Source of the DNA: a virus
Lineage: Duplodnaviria > Heunggongvirae > Uroviricota > Caudoviricetes
DNA length: 64,000 bases
Strand: one strand, 5' to 3'
IMG/VR virus record: IMGVR_UViG_3300021431_000080
Location: 4,460 to 68,459 of that record
The notes beneath the pieces are model-generated. The model saw only the letters and a program-made list of their open reading frames with translations, made no database searches and had not been told where the DNA came from. A program made the translations under genes and the position numbers. Below are positions 45,730 through 54,054 of the stretch, in pieces. Each line of letters opens with the position of its first letter. The first letter of the stretch is position 1.

Positions 45730-47370
45730 TTACATTGTGTATGCTTGATAGACATCCTTCGTTTCATCGTCTGCAGAAGGGTTTTTTGTTATGTACACTT
45801 TATGATCAAATTTGAAAGGTTTCCAGTCTTTTACAGGAATAGTCTTACACACAGGTTTCTTTATAAGATCTCCAAACTCATCAAGGAAATCTTCCAGGAT
45901 ATAATCGTTCTTGTTCATTCTCATTACAGCGAGAGCAGCATTGAGTTTTGCTGTATGAAGCTTCATCGACCAGTCGATTGCTGTAGCGTAATCTATTGCA
46001 TATATGTAGTATAGATCTTTGTCGCCCATAGTGACTTTGAATTGTTGACAAGTTCTTCTTGTTGCTACATTCTCTATTGCTGACAGGACAGGTTTTGCGT
46101 AATTTGAGTAGAATTGTTTCACCATATCGTCTACTTCACGTGCATCGAATGCTGGAAAATGGATTTTACAATTCATGAACTTTACGCTGTAGTCTTTCAT
46201 GTCGCCGTAGGCATATGCTGGATATTTTATCTTTTTGCTTTTTGTTTCCTTTTTCTCAGGTGCAGTCAACGAGACACTCATGTTATTTTTATCAGGAAGT
46301 GGAATTTCTTCACCTTTCTTCGGATGTGTCGAACCATAAATGTGAGGTATAATGAGAGGATCGACTTTCATCAGATCTCCGTCAGAGTTGTTCATAAGCT
46401 CACAAAGTTCATGTCTGTATTGCTTTGCTGCCTTTAGTGCTTCTTTTTGGTCTTTTCCTGCAGCGTAACACATCTCTCCATCATCGAAGAAGAATTCAAA
46501 TCTCCTGTAATTTCCTCTCTTTATTTCATTATTGAGTCTTTCGTACCATCCGCCTGCAAGAAGTGATAATGCCACAATTTCCTTTCCGAGAAGTTTTGCA
46601 TTCTGTTCATTGTCAGCTTTCACTCTAAGAACCTCATTATTGCTGAGTGTGACATAGTATTCTTTGAAATCTATATTCTTGACTTCCTCTGGAGTCATTA
46701 TTAGACTGTCATCGTAATATATAGACGAGTTGACTGAAGAATCTTTCTTTGCATTTGTGGATGCAGCGGCTGCGCCTATTCCTGCAGCAGTGCCTATTCC
46801 GATGAGTTTTTTTAACCAGCTTGGTGAATTCTCCTTCATTTCGCTGTATTTCTCTTTTAATTTCGGCCATGCGAATGGACCGAGTGATGCACCAAGAAGA
46901 GCAGCCGCTGTTCCCTTTATGACTTTCCCTGTTCCGCTTACAGCCCTGTGTGGGATGCTGTAGTTTCCGGGGTTTGCAAGGTTGTCAGCCCAGAATCCAG
47001 GCATGAGCCTGTTTCTCCACGACTGTTTGTCCTCCCATCTCTGTCTGATTCTGTGTGAGAGTGCTCCGACACCTGCGAGTGCAGCCAAAGCTGGTGATAT
47101 AAGTACGGTTATCGCGAAACTCGGAATCGACTGGAGTTTTCCGCTTAGTCCCCTTACGGTTGAACCGCCTGTCCTGTCGAACTGGCTCGAAACGGTTGGA
47201 TGGTATTGGGTATTGAAATCCCTGTCCTTCCTCTTTTCGTTGAGTTCGTCGAATATTTCCGTGGCTCCGTATTTCTCTGTAAGGAGTTTGACTGCGGAAA
47301 GATCCGATTCATTTATCTCCTTTATTTCCTCGTTTGTATTTTCCTGTGAATACAGTTTTTCTACTATCAT
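45730..47370 (-). CDS. Late protein with KYG leader, hydrophobic segments and repeated beta-beta-alpha modules (candidate ejected/internal protein)
   Basis: 546 aa; CAGATAAATA upstream; see findings. Confidence 0.65.
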   Translation of the reverse strand: MIVEKLYSQENTNEEIKEINESDLSAVKLLTEKYGATEIFDELNEKRKDRDFNTQYHPTVSSQFDRTGGSTVRGLSGKLQSIPSFAITVLISPALAALAGVGALSHRIRQRWEDKQSWRNRLMPGFWADNLANPGNYSIPHRAVSGTGKVIKGTAAALLGASLGPFAWPKLKEKYSEMKENSPSWLKKLIGIGTAAGIGAAAASTNAKKDSSVNSSIYYDDSLIMTPEEVKNIDFKEYYVTLSNNEVLRVKADNEQNAKLLGKEIVALSLLAGGWYERLNNEIKRGNYRRFEFFFDDGEMCYAAGKDQKEALKAAKQYRHELCELMNNSDGDLMKVDPLIIPHIYGSTHPKKGEEIPLPDKNNMSVSLTAPEKKETKSKKIKYPAYAYGDMKDYSVKFMNCKIHFPAFDAREVDDMVKQFYSNYAKPVLSAIENVATRRTCQQFKVTMGDKDLYYIYAIDYATAIDWSMKLHTAKLNAALAVMRMNKNDYILEDFLDEFGDLIKKPVCKTIPVKDWKPFKFDHKVYITKNPSADDETKDVYQAYTM

Positions 47371-47392
47371 TGTGTTATGGGCACAGTTTTAT

Positions 47393-47400
47393 TATTTATC
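47393..47400 (-). promoter_or_regulatory. Class III late motif before the 546-aa gene
   Basis: CAGATAAATA. Confidence 0.6.
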
Positions 47401-47430
47401 TGATTATTTTCATTTTTAAAAAATAATCAG

Positions 47431-47440
47431 TATCTTTGCA
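47431..47440 (+). promoter_or_regulatory. Class I promoter before primase
   Basis: AAATAATCAG TATCTTTGCA. Confidence 0.8.
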
Positions 47441-47447
47441 ATAGTAT

Positions 47448-48557
47448 ATGACGGACAACATCTTTAACATAACACATTCTACATTAACGGATTCGTCTGT
47501 ATCCAACATGAGCAAGGACGAGTTCGTAGCCACCATACTACCCAAACTGCAGAACATACTCAACAGGATTTTTTCTGACAATCCAGCCAAACAGAAGATA
47601 AAGATCTACAGGGACAGGATATCTTTCGCGGCTCCCTGCTGCGGTGACTCCGCCACAGACAAGTTCAAGAAGAGGGGCAATATAATCCTTGAAGGAAGGT
47701 TCAAGAACCTGTATAAGTGTTTCAACTGTGGAACATGTATGTCCATCCAGAACTTTTTCAAGACATACGGAGAGAGCCTTTCCCTTTCGGAGATAGACTA
47801 CATAACAGCCAACAAAGTTAATATATCGGCTTTCCATCAGGCTGTCGGAACTGATTCTGTGAATTATCTTTATGATGTTGAGTCAATAGAAAAATTTGCT
47901 GTAAATAGGGATTATTTCAAATCGGCATTAAGACTTTCTGAATGCTTTGAAAATAACAAAGGACACGACTATCTTGTTTCAAGGAGACAGTTTGACTTCA
48001 GGAAGTTTATGTATTCAGAACAGGCTAACAAACTGTTTGTACTCAATCTTACACCGAAAGGAAACATAATCGGTATGCAGGTTAGAAGATTTGATGGTTC
48101 TGGACCGAAATACAAGACGTATAATCTGCAGAAGATTCACGAGATGATACTTCATGACGGGGTTACTGTTCCTGATGATATTAATTCTTTGTCGATGTTG
48201 TTCAACATATTGCTTGTAGATTGTACAAGGATGATCACGGTCACGGAAGGACCGATGGATGCTTTCCTTCTGAAGAACGCGATGGCTCTGTGCGGTGCTG
48301 CTAAAAACATAGAGTTTCCGTTTATGCACAGGTATCTGTTTGACTCTGACAAGACTGGGCGTGAACATACCATAGAGAAGCTAAAGGAGGGATATCCTGT
48401 GTTCATGTGGGAGAAATATATAGAGGAATCTGGTCTTCCGAACAGGAAGAAATGGGATATAAACGACGTTGTCATGTATGCCGTGCAGAACAACCTAAAA
48501 CTTCCGTCGATAGAGGGTTACTTTACCGATGATGAACTGAATCTAATATTGATTTGA
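47448..48557 (+). CDS. dnaG: DNA primase (T4 gp61/DnaG-like)
   Basis: Zn finger CCGDS...YKCFNCG; TOPRIM VTEGPMDA, FDSDKTG. Confidence 0.85.
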   Translation: MTDNIFNITHSTLTDSSVSNMSKDEFVATILPKLQNILNRIFSDNPAKQKIKIYRDRISFAAPCCGDSATDKFKKRGNIILEGRFKNLYKCFNCGTCMSIQNFFKTYGESLSLSEIDYITANKVNISAFHQAVGTDSVNYLYDVESIEKFAVNRDYFKSALRLSECFENNKGHDYLVSRRQFDFRKFMYSEQANKLFVLNLTPKGNIIGMQVRRFDGSGPKYKTYNLQKIHEMILHDGVTVPDDINSLSMLFNILLVDCTRMITVTEGPMDAFLLKNAMALCGAAKNIEFPFMHRYLFDSDKTGREHTIEKLKEGYPVFMWEKYIEESGLPNRKKWDINDVVMYAVQNNLKLPSIEGYFTDDELNLILI

Positions 48558-48558
48558 C

Positions 48559-49452
48559 ATGCTTAATATAGAAGACATCAAGAAACTACACTACGATTTC
48601 CCTGAACCGAAGGAAGTCAATGAAATAAGGGAGCACATCCTTTCTTCTTTCTCGAATCTTGTTTTCAAAGAGAAAGGTCATACATATCATGTGAAGGAGG
48701 ATGGGAAGACCATCAAGTTACAGAGTGTGAGTTCGATAGTGTCCTCCTTTGAACCGTATGCAAACTGGGATCTGATAACAGAGAACTATGCTGCGAAGAA
48801 TGGAATGACTGTCGAGGCTGTGTCGAGGATGTGGAAGGAGAAGAACATACGATCAACCAACAACGGCACATCGACACATTTGTTCCTTGAGTCGTATATG
48901 TGGTTCTTCATCGGTCATCCTGAGAAGATAGATCCGATTATCAAGCCACAGTATGAGGATGGGTATCTTATTCCATACGGGAACAAACAAATTGCTGGAG
49001 TGAAGTATTTCGAGGATTTGTACAATACATACTATAACGATTCTGTACAAATAAAGGTTTATCCTGTTATTCCAGAAGCAAGGATGTATGTATTCAAGGA
49101 CAATAAGTTTGGACTAAAGAAAAGGTTTGCGGGGACAACGGACATAACACTTGCGTTCGAAGATCCTTCTGATTCAAAATGGAAACTCATTTCCGACGAC
49201 TGGAAGACGAACGAGAGTCTCACTAATTCCTTCAGCAGAAATAAGGGAAAGATGATGGAGCACCCGTTTGAGAATTATGTTGACGAGTCGTTCTCTCACT
49301 ACACGATACAACTGTCAGCGTACCAGATTATGTTAAACCAGCTTGAATATGAGGTTCCGTACAGGAACATCGTGTGGTTGAAGGAGGATTCTACATATGA
49401 CAGATATCCTGTCAATGACGAAACAGAAAAATTAATAGAATTTTACAAATGA
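48559..49452 (+). CDS. PD-(D/E)XK exonuclease
   Basis: H.Y, SVS, GTSTHLF.E, AGTTDI, ISDDWKTN, YTIQLSAY. Confidence 0.8.
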   Translation: MLNIEDIKKLHYDFPEPKEVNEIREHILSSFSNLVFKEKGHTYHVKEDGKTIKLQSVSSIVSSFEPYANWDLITENYAAKNGMTVEAVSRMWKEKNIRSTNNGTSTHLFLESYMWFFIGHPEKIDPIIKPQYEDGYLIPYGNKQIAGVKYFEDLYNTYYNDSVQIKVYPVIPEARMYVFKDNKFGLKKRFAGTTDITLAFEDPSDSKWKLISDDWKTNESLTNSFSRNKGKMMEHPFENYVDESFSHYTIQLSAYQIMLNQLEYEVPYRNIVWLKEDSTYDRYPVNDETEKLIEFYK

Positions 49453-49820
49453 AAAGAATTTTGATAGGTGGAGGCAGGGATTTCTCTGATTATGAGTATC
49501 TTGAGAAATCAGTAGACGAATTTATATCGGAGAAATTTCCAGATGAGAAAGAAATAACGATAATCTCTGGAGCAGCCCGTGGAGCTGACAGGCTTGGAGA
49601 GGCTTATTCTCTTGCAAGGAAATATAACCTTGAGAGATATCCCGCTGATTGGGACAAGTATGGGAAATCTGCAGGTTTCAGAAGGAACGAGGATATGGTA
49701 AAGATAGCGGACGCTGCAATTATGTTCTGGGACGGTTCTTCTCATGGAACGAAACACGCTATTGAAATTTCTAGAGAGAAGGGAATATCATGCGATGTAA
49801 AACTTTATAACCAGAGATAA
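49449..49820 (+). CDS. SLOG-family protein (YspA/DUF2493-like)
   Basis: ILIGGGRDF, ISGAARGADRLG, ADWDKYGKSAGFRRN..M, WDG.S.GT. Confidence 0.85.
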   Translation: MKRILIGGGRDFSDYEYLEKSVDEFISEKFPDEKEITIISGAARGADRLGEAYSLARKYNLERYPADWDKYGKSAGFRRNEDMVKIADAAIMFWDGSSHGTKHAIEISREKGISCDVKLYNQR

Positions 49821-49821
49821 G

Positions 49822-49995
49822 ATGAACCTTTTTGATTTTATAAATTTGATTGACGAGTACAGGGATTTCCCCGAAGAGTCGTTGAGAAAAGTCACCGTTG
49901 GGGTGAAAGTAGACAACTGTGTCCGTGGCATCAAGGGTGTTTCTTTGGAAGTAGACGGATCGATGTCTCCAAAATTTCACATAAACACATTATAA
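49822..49995 (+). CDS. Small hypothetical protein (57 aa)
   Basis: Not in the track (<60 aa): MNLFDFINLIDEYRDFPEESLRKVTVGVKVDNCVRGIKGVSLEVDGSMSPKFHINTL; fills the gap exactly. Confidence 0.6.
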   Translation: MNLFDFINLIDEYRDFPEESLRKVTVGVKVDNCVRGIKGVSLEVDGSMSPKFHINTL

Positions 49996-49996
49996 C

Positions 49997-50482
49997 ATGG
50001 AAACAAATAATTTATACTGCCACCGATGTGGTGCTGAACTAGAAATAATAGAGAACTGCGAGATAAACGAAGGAGGTCGCGGAAAATATTACCGCTTCTA
50101 TTGCCCGAACTGTGGAGCTATGTATGAGGTTGAAGAACCAGACAGTGGGGAAAAGGAGAATTATGAGTTTTGGAAGGATCCAGACATATCAGAGCGTGTT
50201 GGATCCGAGGGAGATCACGTCAACAACGACATCTGTATTAACTGCGGACACAAGGTCTATGTCGGTAATAATTTCATGATGTCTGACTGCACAGGAGAGG
50301 ATCTTCCTGAGGACGAAGACAAGATGAACTATTGCCTCAATACCTGCCAGTACTGTGGTGTCACCGAAACCAGATGGGACAATTCCGAAAATGAGAAGAA
50401 AGATCTCCCGTATTGGGCTGACGACGTGTGGTTGAAACCCCATCTTGAGAATGTATATAAGATAATAAATACTATAAATTAA
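49997..50482 (+). CDS. Zinc-ribbon protein, C-terminus probably displaced by IS607 insertion
   Basis: Four CxxC pairs (CHRC, CPNC, CINC, CQYC); last 8 codons likely IS-derived. Confidence 0.7.
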   Translation: METNNLYCHRCGAELEIIENCEINEGGRGKYYRFYCPNCGAMYEVEEPDSGEKENYEFWKDPDISERVGSEGDHVNNDICINCGHKVYVGNNFMMSDCTGEDLPEDEDKMNYCLNTCQYCGVTETRWDNSENEKKDLPYWADDVWLKPHLENVYKIINTIN

Positions 50483-50493
50483 GTATACTTTAT

Positions 50494-51084
50494 ATGTGGT
50501 TAACACCTAAACAGTTCAGAACAAAGTACAACATTACCCCACAACATTTATATGCACTAAAGAAAGCAGGCAAAATAGAGACGAAAAATTCTGTTGGATC
50601 TGCATATTTAATAAAGGATTCCATACAGGAAAAATCGGTGTGCCTGTATGCAAGAGTTTCAACATCGAAGCAAAAGAACGATCTTTCAAACCAGATAGAT
50701 TACATCAGAAAGTATTGCATATCAAATGGGAACAATCCTGAATATGTGTTTTCTGACGTAGCATCAGGAATGAACGAAAACAGAAAAGGGCTGAATGATA
50801 TGATATCCCATATAATAGACGGAAAAATATCAAAGGTTTATATATCACACAAGGATCGACTGACGAGATTTGGATATGGGTATCTTGAAAGTCTCTTTAA
50901 CAGGTTCGGTACAGAGATTGTTGTCATAAATTTGGAAGACGAAAAAAATTTTCAGGAGGAACTAACAGAAGACTTAATTGCTATAATCCACCACTTTAGT
51001 ATGAAATTTTACGGGAAAAGAAAAAACAAAGTCAAAGAAATTGAGGGATTTTGTAAAAGTTTGGAAGAAATAGAAGATAAATAA
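50494..51084 (+). CDS. tnpA: IS607 transposase, serine recombinase with N-terminal MerR-like HTH
   Basis: LYARVST..QKNDL..Q, DVASGMNENRKGL, HKDRLTRFG, ELTEDLIAIIHHFSMKFYGKR. Confidence 0.95.
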   Translation: MWLTPKQFRTKYNITPQHLYALKKAGKIETKNSVGSAYLIKDSIQEKSVCLYARVSTSKQKNDLSNQIDYIRKYCISNGNNPEYVFSDVASGMNENRKGLNDMISHIIDGKISKVYISHKDRLTRFGYGYLESLFNRFGTEIVVINLEDEKNFQEELTEDLIAIIHHFSMKFYGKRKNKVKEIEGFCKSLEEIEDK

Positions 51085-51109
51085 CATATAAAAGATAAAA
51101 AATATAAAG

Positions 51110-52357
51110 ATGATCAGAAGCTGGAACACAATCATAAAACCAAATGACATTATTTTAAAAATGATGTCGGATGCTCTGGCTATATATGATCAGGCTTTGT
51201 ATTATCAGAGGCAGTCGTATTTCTCTTCAAAGGAGGAAGGGAAGATAAAGACATATAATTTTGCTTCTCTGTACAACATAGTAAAGGAAACACAAGCGTT
51301 TAAGGACACGGATCTGGACCATGTTGTGAAATCTGATCCTATAAGGCAAGTCTGCAAAAACTGGACATCGTTCATCAAAGCTTCTATTTCTTTCTCGAAC
51401 AATCCGTCGAAGTTTTTAGGCAGACCAAAGATTCCGAATTATCTGCACAAAAGAAAGAAATACATGAATATATGCATAGACAAGACGAGATTGAGATTCA
51501 AGAACTGCAAGGATAACGAGTTTCGCGTGCCGTGTACACACATAAAGATAAAGTTTCCTCCGCAGATAAGAAGAGAAACTATACGTCAAGTTGTGCTCCA
51601 ATACTATTATGGAAAAATAAAAGTAAACATTATATACAATGAAGAAAAATCAAAGAAAGTAGAATTTCGTGAAGGTTCGGCTATAGGCATAGATCCAGGT
51701 GTAAACAACCTGTGTACCATAACTAGAAACGACAAACCCTTTTCATGCGTCGTTAAAGGTGGTCCGGTAAAAAGCATGAACCAATACTACAACAAAAAGA
51801 GAGCTGAGATTATGTCAAAGCTTGAAAAATGCAACCATGTGAAAAGAAGCAAGAGGCTCGAGAAACTTTCAATGAAGAGAAACAACAAGATAAAATCGTA
51901 TATGCATCTGGTTTCGAGGAGAGTTGTTGACATGTGCGCGAAAGAAGGGATACAGACGATTGTGATAGGACACAGCAAAAAATGGAAGAATGAGTCGAAA
52001 ATGGGAGACGTGAACAATCAGAATTTTGTGTCAGTTCCGTTTGAAAGTTTATTTAACATGATCGCATATAAAGCTGAAGAGTATGATGGAATGAAAGTCA
52101 TGATTGTGGAAGAAAGTTACACTTCAAAATGCGATCATCTTGCTTTGGAAACAATGTGCCATCATGATGTTTATCTCGGCAAACGATCGAAGCGAGGAAC
52201 ATTCAAGTCGTCCATAGGAAAGAGACTGAACGCGGACTGCAATGGAGCGATAGGAATAATGAGAAAAGGAAACGCAATCACGGACGCTCAATTGATTGGC
52301 TTACGTGATAGAGGTGACGTTGTATCACCAAAGGTGTTAGATTTAACTCTTAAATGA
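51110..52357 (+). CDS. tnpB: RNA-guided endonuclease TnpB
   Basis: RuvC-I GIDPGVNNL, RuvC-II EESYTSK, RuvC-III NADCNGA; KSMNQYYNKK helix. Confidence 0.9.
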   Translation: MIRSWNTIIKPNDIILKMMSDALAIYDQALYYQRQSYFSSKEEGKIKTYNFASLYNIVKETQAFKDTDLDHVVKSDPIRQVCKNWTSFIKASISFSNNPSKFLGRPKIPNYLHKRKKYMNICIDKTRLRFKNCKDNEFRVPCTHIKIKFPPQIRRETIRQVVLQYYYGKIKVNIIYNEEKSKKVEFREGSAIGIDPGVNNLCTITRNDKPFSCVVKGGPVKSMNQYYNKKRAEIMSKLEKCNHVKRSKRLEKLSMKRNNKIKSYMHLVSRRVVDMCAKEGIQTIVIGHSKKWKNESKMGDVNNQNFVSVPFESLFNMIAYKAEEYDGMKVMIVEESYTSKCDHLALETMCHHDVYLGKRSKRGTFKSSIGKRLNADCNGAIGIMRKGNAITDAQLIGLRDRGDVVSPKVLDLTLK

Positions 52358-52399
52358 ATTTATATTGTTTATATAATTTACAGAAACATATGAATTTAA

Positions 52400-52507
52400 T
52401 ACAACTATTATCTCCCATATCTCATAAACATCTGGCAGAAAGCAAACAATGCCACTGACGAGGAACTTGTTTCCGAACTCGACAAAATAATCTCTTATCA
52501 TAAATAA
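52400..52507 (+). pseudogene. Orphan C-terminal fragment of the zinc-ribbon gene
   Basis: Startless frame YNYYLPYLINIWQKANNATDEELVSELDKIISYHK*, joins in frame to 49997..50457 when the IS is removed. Confidence 0.5.
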
Positions 52508-52553
52508 ATAATGCCGAAGGCTACATTAATCAGAAAACCAAGCATTAATATAT

Positions 52554-53069
52554 ATGAACGCATTGGAAATAGCAATGACTCAGGAAGCGTGGACTTGCTT
52601 GGCGTTCTCGGCGATCGTCCTGTGGATGGTGATGATATCTGTCCTTCTGGGGATAAACCGTTACAAGGACAACAAAAGATCGAGGAAAAACGAGAAGGAA
52701 CACGCGGAGTTCAGGAAAATGATGGAGGGAATACAGAAAACCCTCAAGAAAATCGAATTGGGAATTCAGGGAAACGAGGCGGATTTAAAAAAGACGTATA
52801 CGTTCGTCCAGACAAGGATATTGCCACTGATGGAGAAGAACACAGTGGTACAGGAACTCCAGAAACTTCTGAATGTGGAAAAGGAAAAGTTCGCGAGCGA
52901 AAGAAGATTGACAACGGAACTCGGTCTGCAGCTGAAAAAGGCAAACGAGATTTTAAGTCAGCGGGAAGAGGAGCAGAGAAAGAAGGAAAAGAACAGAAGG
53001 GAGCTGATGAGGAGAGAAAGAGACCGCAGGACTTCGAAAGAAAGGAATTTCAAGACTCCTCGGGAGTAG
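52554..53069 (+). CDS. Single-TM coiled-coil membrane protein
   Basis: N-terminal TM (AWTCLAFSAIVLWMVMISVLLGI) then long E/K/R heptads; ends at TAG. Confidence 0.6.
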   Translation: MNALEIAMTQEAWTCLAFSAIVLWMVMISVLLGINRYKDNKRSRKNEKEHAEFRKMMEGIQKTLKKIELGIQGNEADLKKTYTFVQTRILPLMEKNTVVQELQKLLNVEKEKFASERRLTTELGLQLKKANEILSQREEEQRKKEKNRRELMRRERDRRTSKERNFKTPRE

Positions 53070-53083
53070 CCTCACAAAGACCT

Positions 53084-53260
53084 GTGATTCATGGTCCTTA
53101 TCCAACGGACGAGCTGTTCTGTGTTGATATAGTGTTGGATGACGGATATCTCTACAGGGTGTCTGAAGGTTCTGTAAAGGACGGAAAATACATCCAAGGT
53201 CTAGACTCAAGGTTCTTGATAAGCAGGTTCCATCCATACACAAAAAAGGCAATATCCTGA
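53084..53260 (+). CDS. Small hypothetical protein (C-terminal part of the 52511..53260 frame)
   Basis: GTG start; globular-looking VIHGPYPTDELFCVDIVLDDGYLYRV...; followed by a terminator; how it is expressed is uncertain. Confidence 0.4.
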   Translation: MIHGPYPTDELFCVDIVLDDGYLYRVSEGSVKDGKYIQGLDSRFLISRFHPYTKKAIS

Positions 53261-53264
53261 AAAC

Positions 53265-53298
53265 AAAAGGAAACCGAAATTTTACGGTTTCCTTTTTT
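53265..53298 (+). terminator. Intrinsic terminator
   Basis: AAAAGGAAACCG AAATTTTA CGGTTTCCTTTTTT. Confidence 0.85.
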
Positions 53299-53302
53299 TG
53301 TT

Positions 53303-53310
53303 GATAAATA
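53303..53310 (+). promoter_or_regulatory. Class III late motif before the terminase operon
   Basis: TGATAAATA immediately after a terminator. Confidence 0.65.
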
Positions 53311-53333
53311 AGACGAAAATATTCTTTTATATA

Positions 53334-54053
53334 ATGAGTACAATAAAAAGCGACAGAATGGATTTTGAAAAGCTTCTGAACGGAATAGATCCAGTGGTTC
53401 CTCAAGTGAACACCCCTACTGTACCTACTGTCGGGGTGGTTCAGGGGCAGCAGCCCGTTCAGGGGCAGCAGAAAGTTGCTGTGGACAACCCACCTGCAGC
53501 GCAGCTGATGAACGAGCCGCTGTTTGTCTTTGACTATGACGCTGAAAGGAAAGGGATAAGGAAGAAGTGCAGAAAGACGATAATGGGTATCGTAAAGCAT
53601 GTAATTCCTGACAATATGGTGGATGACGAGTACATACAGGACAAGATTGAGCAGGACATAGAGACAATAACTGAGCTCTATATGCAGGTTAAATTGAACA
53701 CTGTAATGCAGAGGGCACATGTCGAGATGACTGCAAGGGGAGGATACACAGCAAGGAATTCCGAGGTGTTTGGTCAGTTGACAGACAAGATCCAGTCGAT
53801 AAACAAGCAGATATTCGATACAGAGCAGAGGATAAGGAAGACATATCTTGACCTGAAGTATGAGATAAGGGACAAACAGAGTGAGGATTTTGCTTTGAAT
53901 GGAGGAAATTCACAAACACCGCAATTAATGAATGGAACTGGACCTAATGGTGGATATTTAGTGTCTTCGTCAAAGGTTTTGGTTGATGAGATAAAAGACA
54001 TAAAGAAAAGAGCTGCAATAGCTAAAGAAACAAAAGTAGAAGTTGTACAGTAA
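53334..54053 (+). CDS. Terminase small subunit, T4 gp16-like
   Basis: Helical; TARNSEVFGQL resembles the gp16 SPRxxEV motif, C-term SSKVLVDEI; upstream of terL; late motif upstream. Confidence 0.5.
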   Translation: MSTIKSDRMDFEKLLNGIDPVVPQVNTPTVPTVGVVQGQQPVQGQQKVAVDNPPAAQLMNEPLFVFDYDAERKGIRKKCRKTIMGIVKHVIPDNMVDDEYIQDKIEQDIETITELYMQVKLNTVMQRAHVEMTARGGYTARNSEVFGQLTDKIQSINKQIFDTEQRIRKTYLDLKYEIRDKQSEDFALNGGNSQTPQLMNGTGPNGGYLVSSSKVLVDEIKDIKKRAAIAKETKVEVVQ

Positions 54054-54054
54054 C

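Larger units (their letters stand above)
50458..52401 (+). mobile_element. IS607-family element (tnpA + tnpB); boundaries approximate
   Basis: Serine recombinase followed by TnpB; AT-richer than flanks; removal re-fuses a reading frame at a shared TA (50456-57 / 52400-01). Confidence 0.8.

Noticed and set aside
48559-49452. Cas4 or CRISPR association of the PD-(D/E)XK nuclease
   Set aside because: No FeS Cys cluster, no cas genes and no repeat-spacer array seen in the window.
52390-52458. Independent small ORF from ATG 52390 (MNLIQLLSPISHKHLAESKQCH), or a frameshifted version of it
   Set aside because: The peptide is not protein-like, and the ATG lies in the second 9-bp IS-end repeat. In-frame re-fusion with the zinc-ribbon gene explains the downstream frame better, though this alternative is not excluded.
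52511-53260. Embedded Rz/Rz1-type spanin pair
   Set aside because: The TM plus coiled-coil protein is i-spanin-like, but neither the 249-aa frame nor the 58-aa GTG ORF has a signal peptide with a lipobox Cys, as an o-spanin would need.
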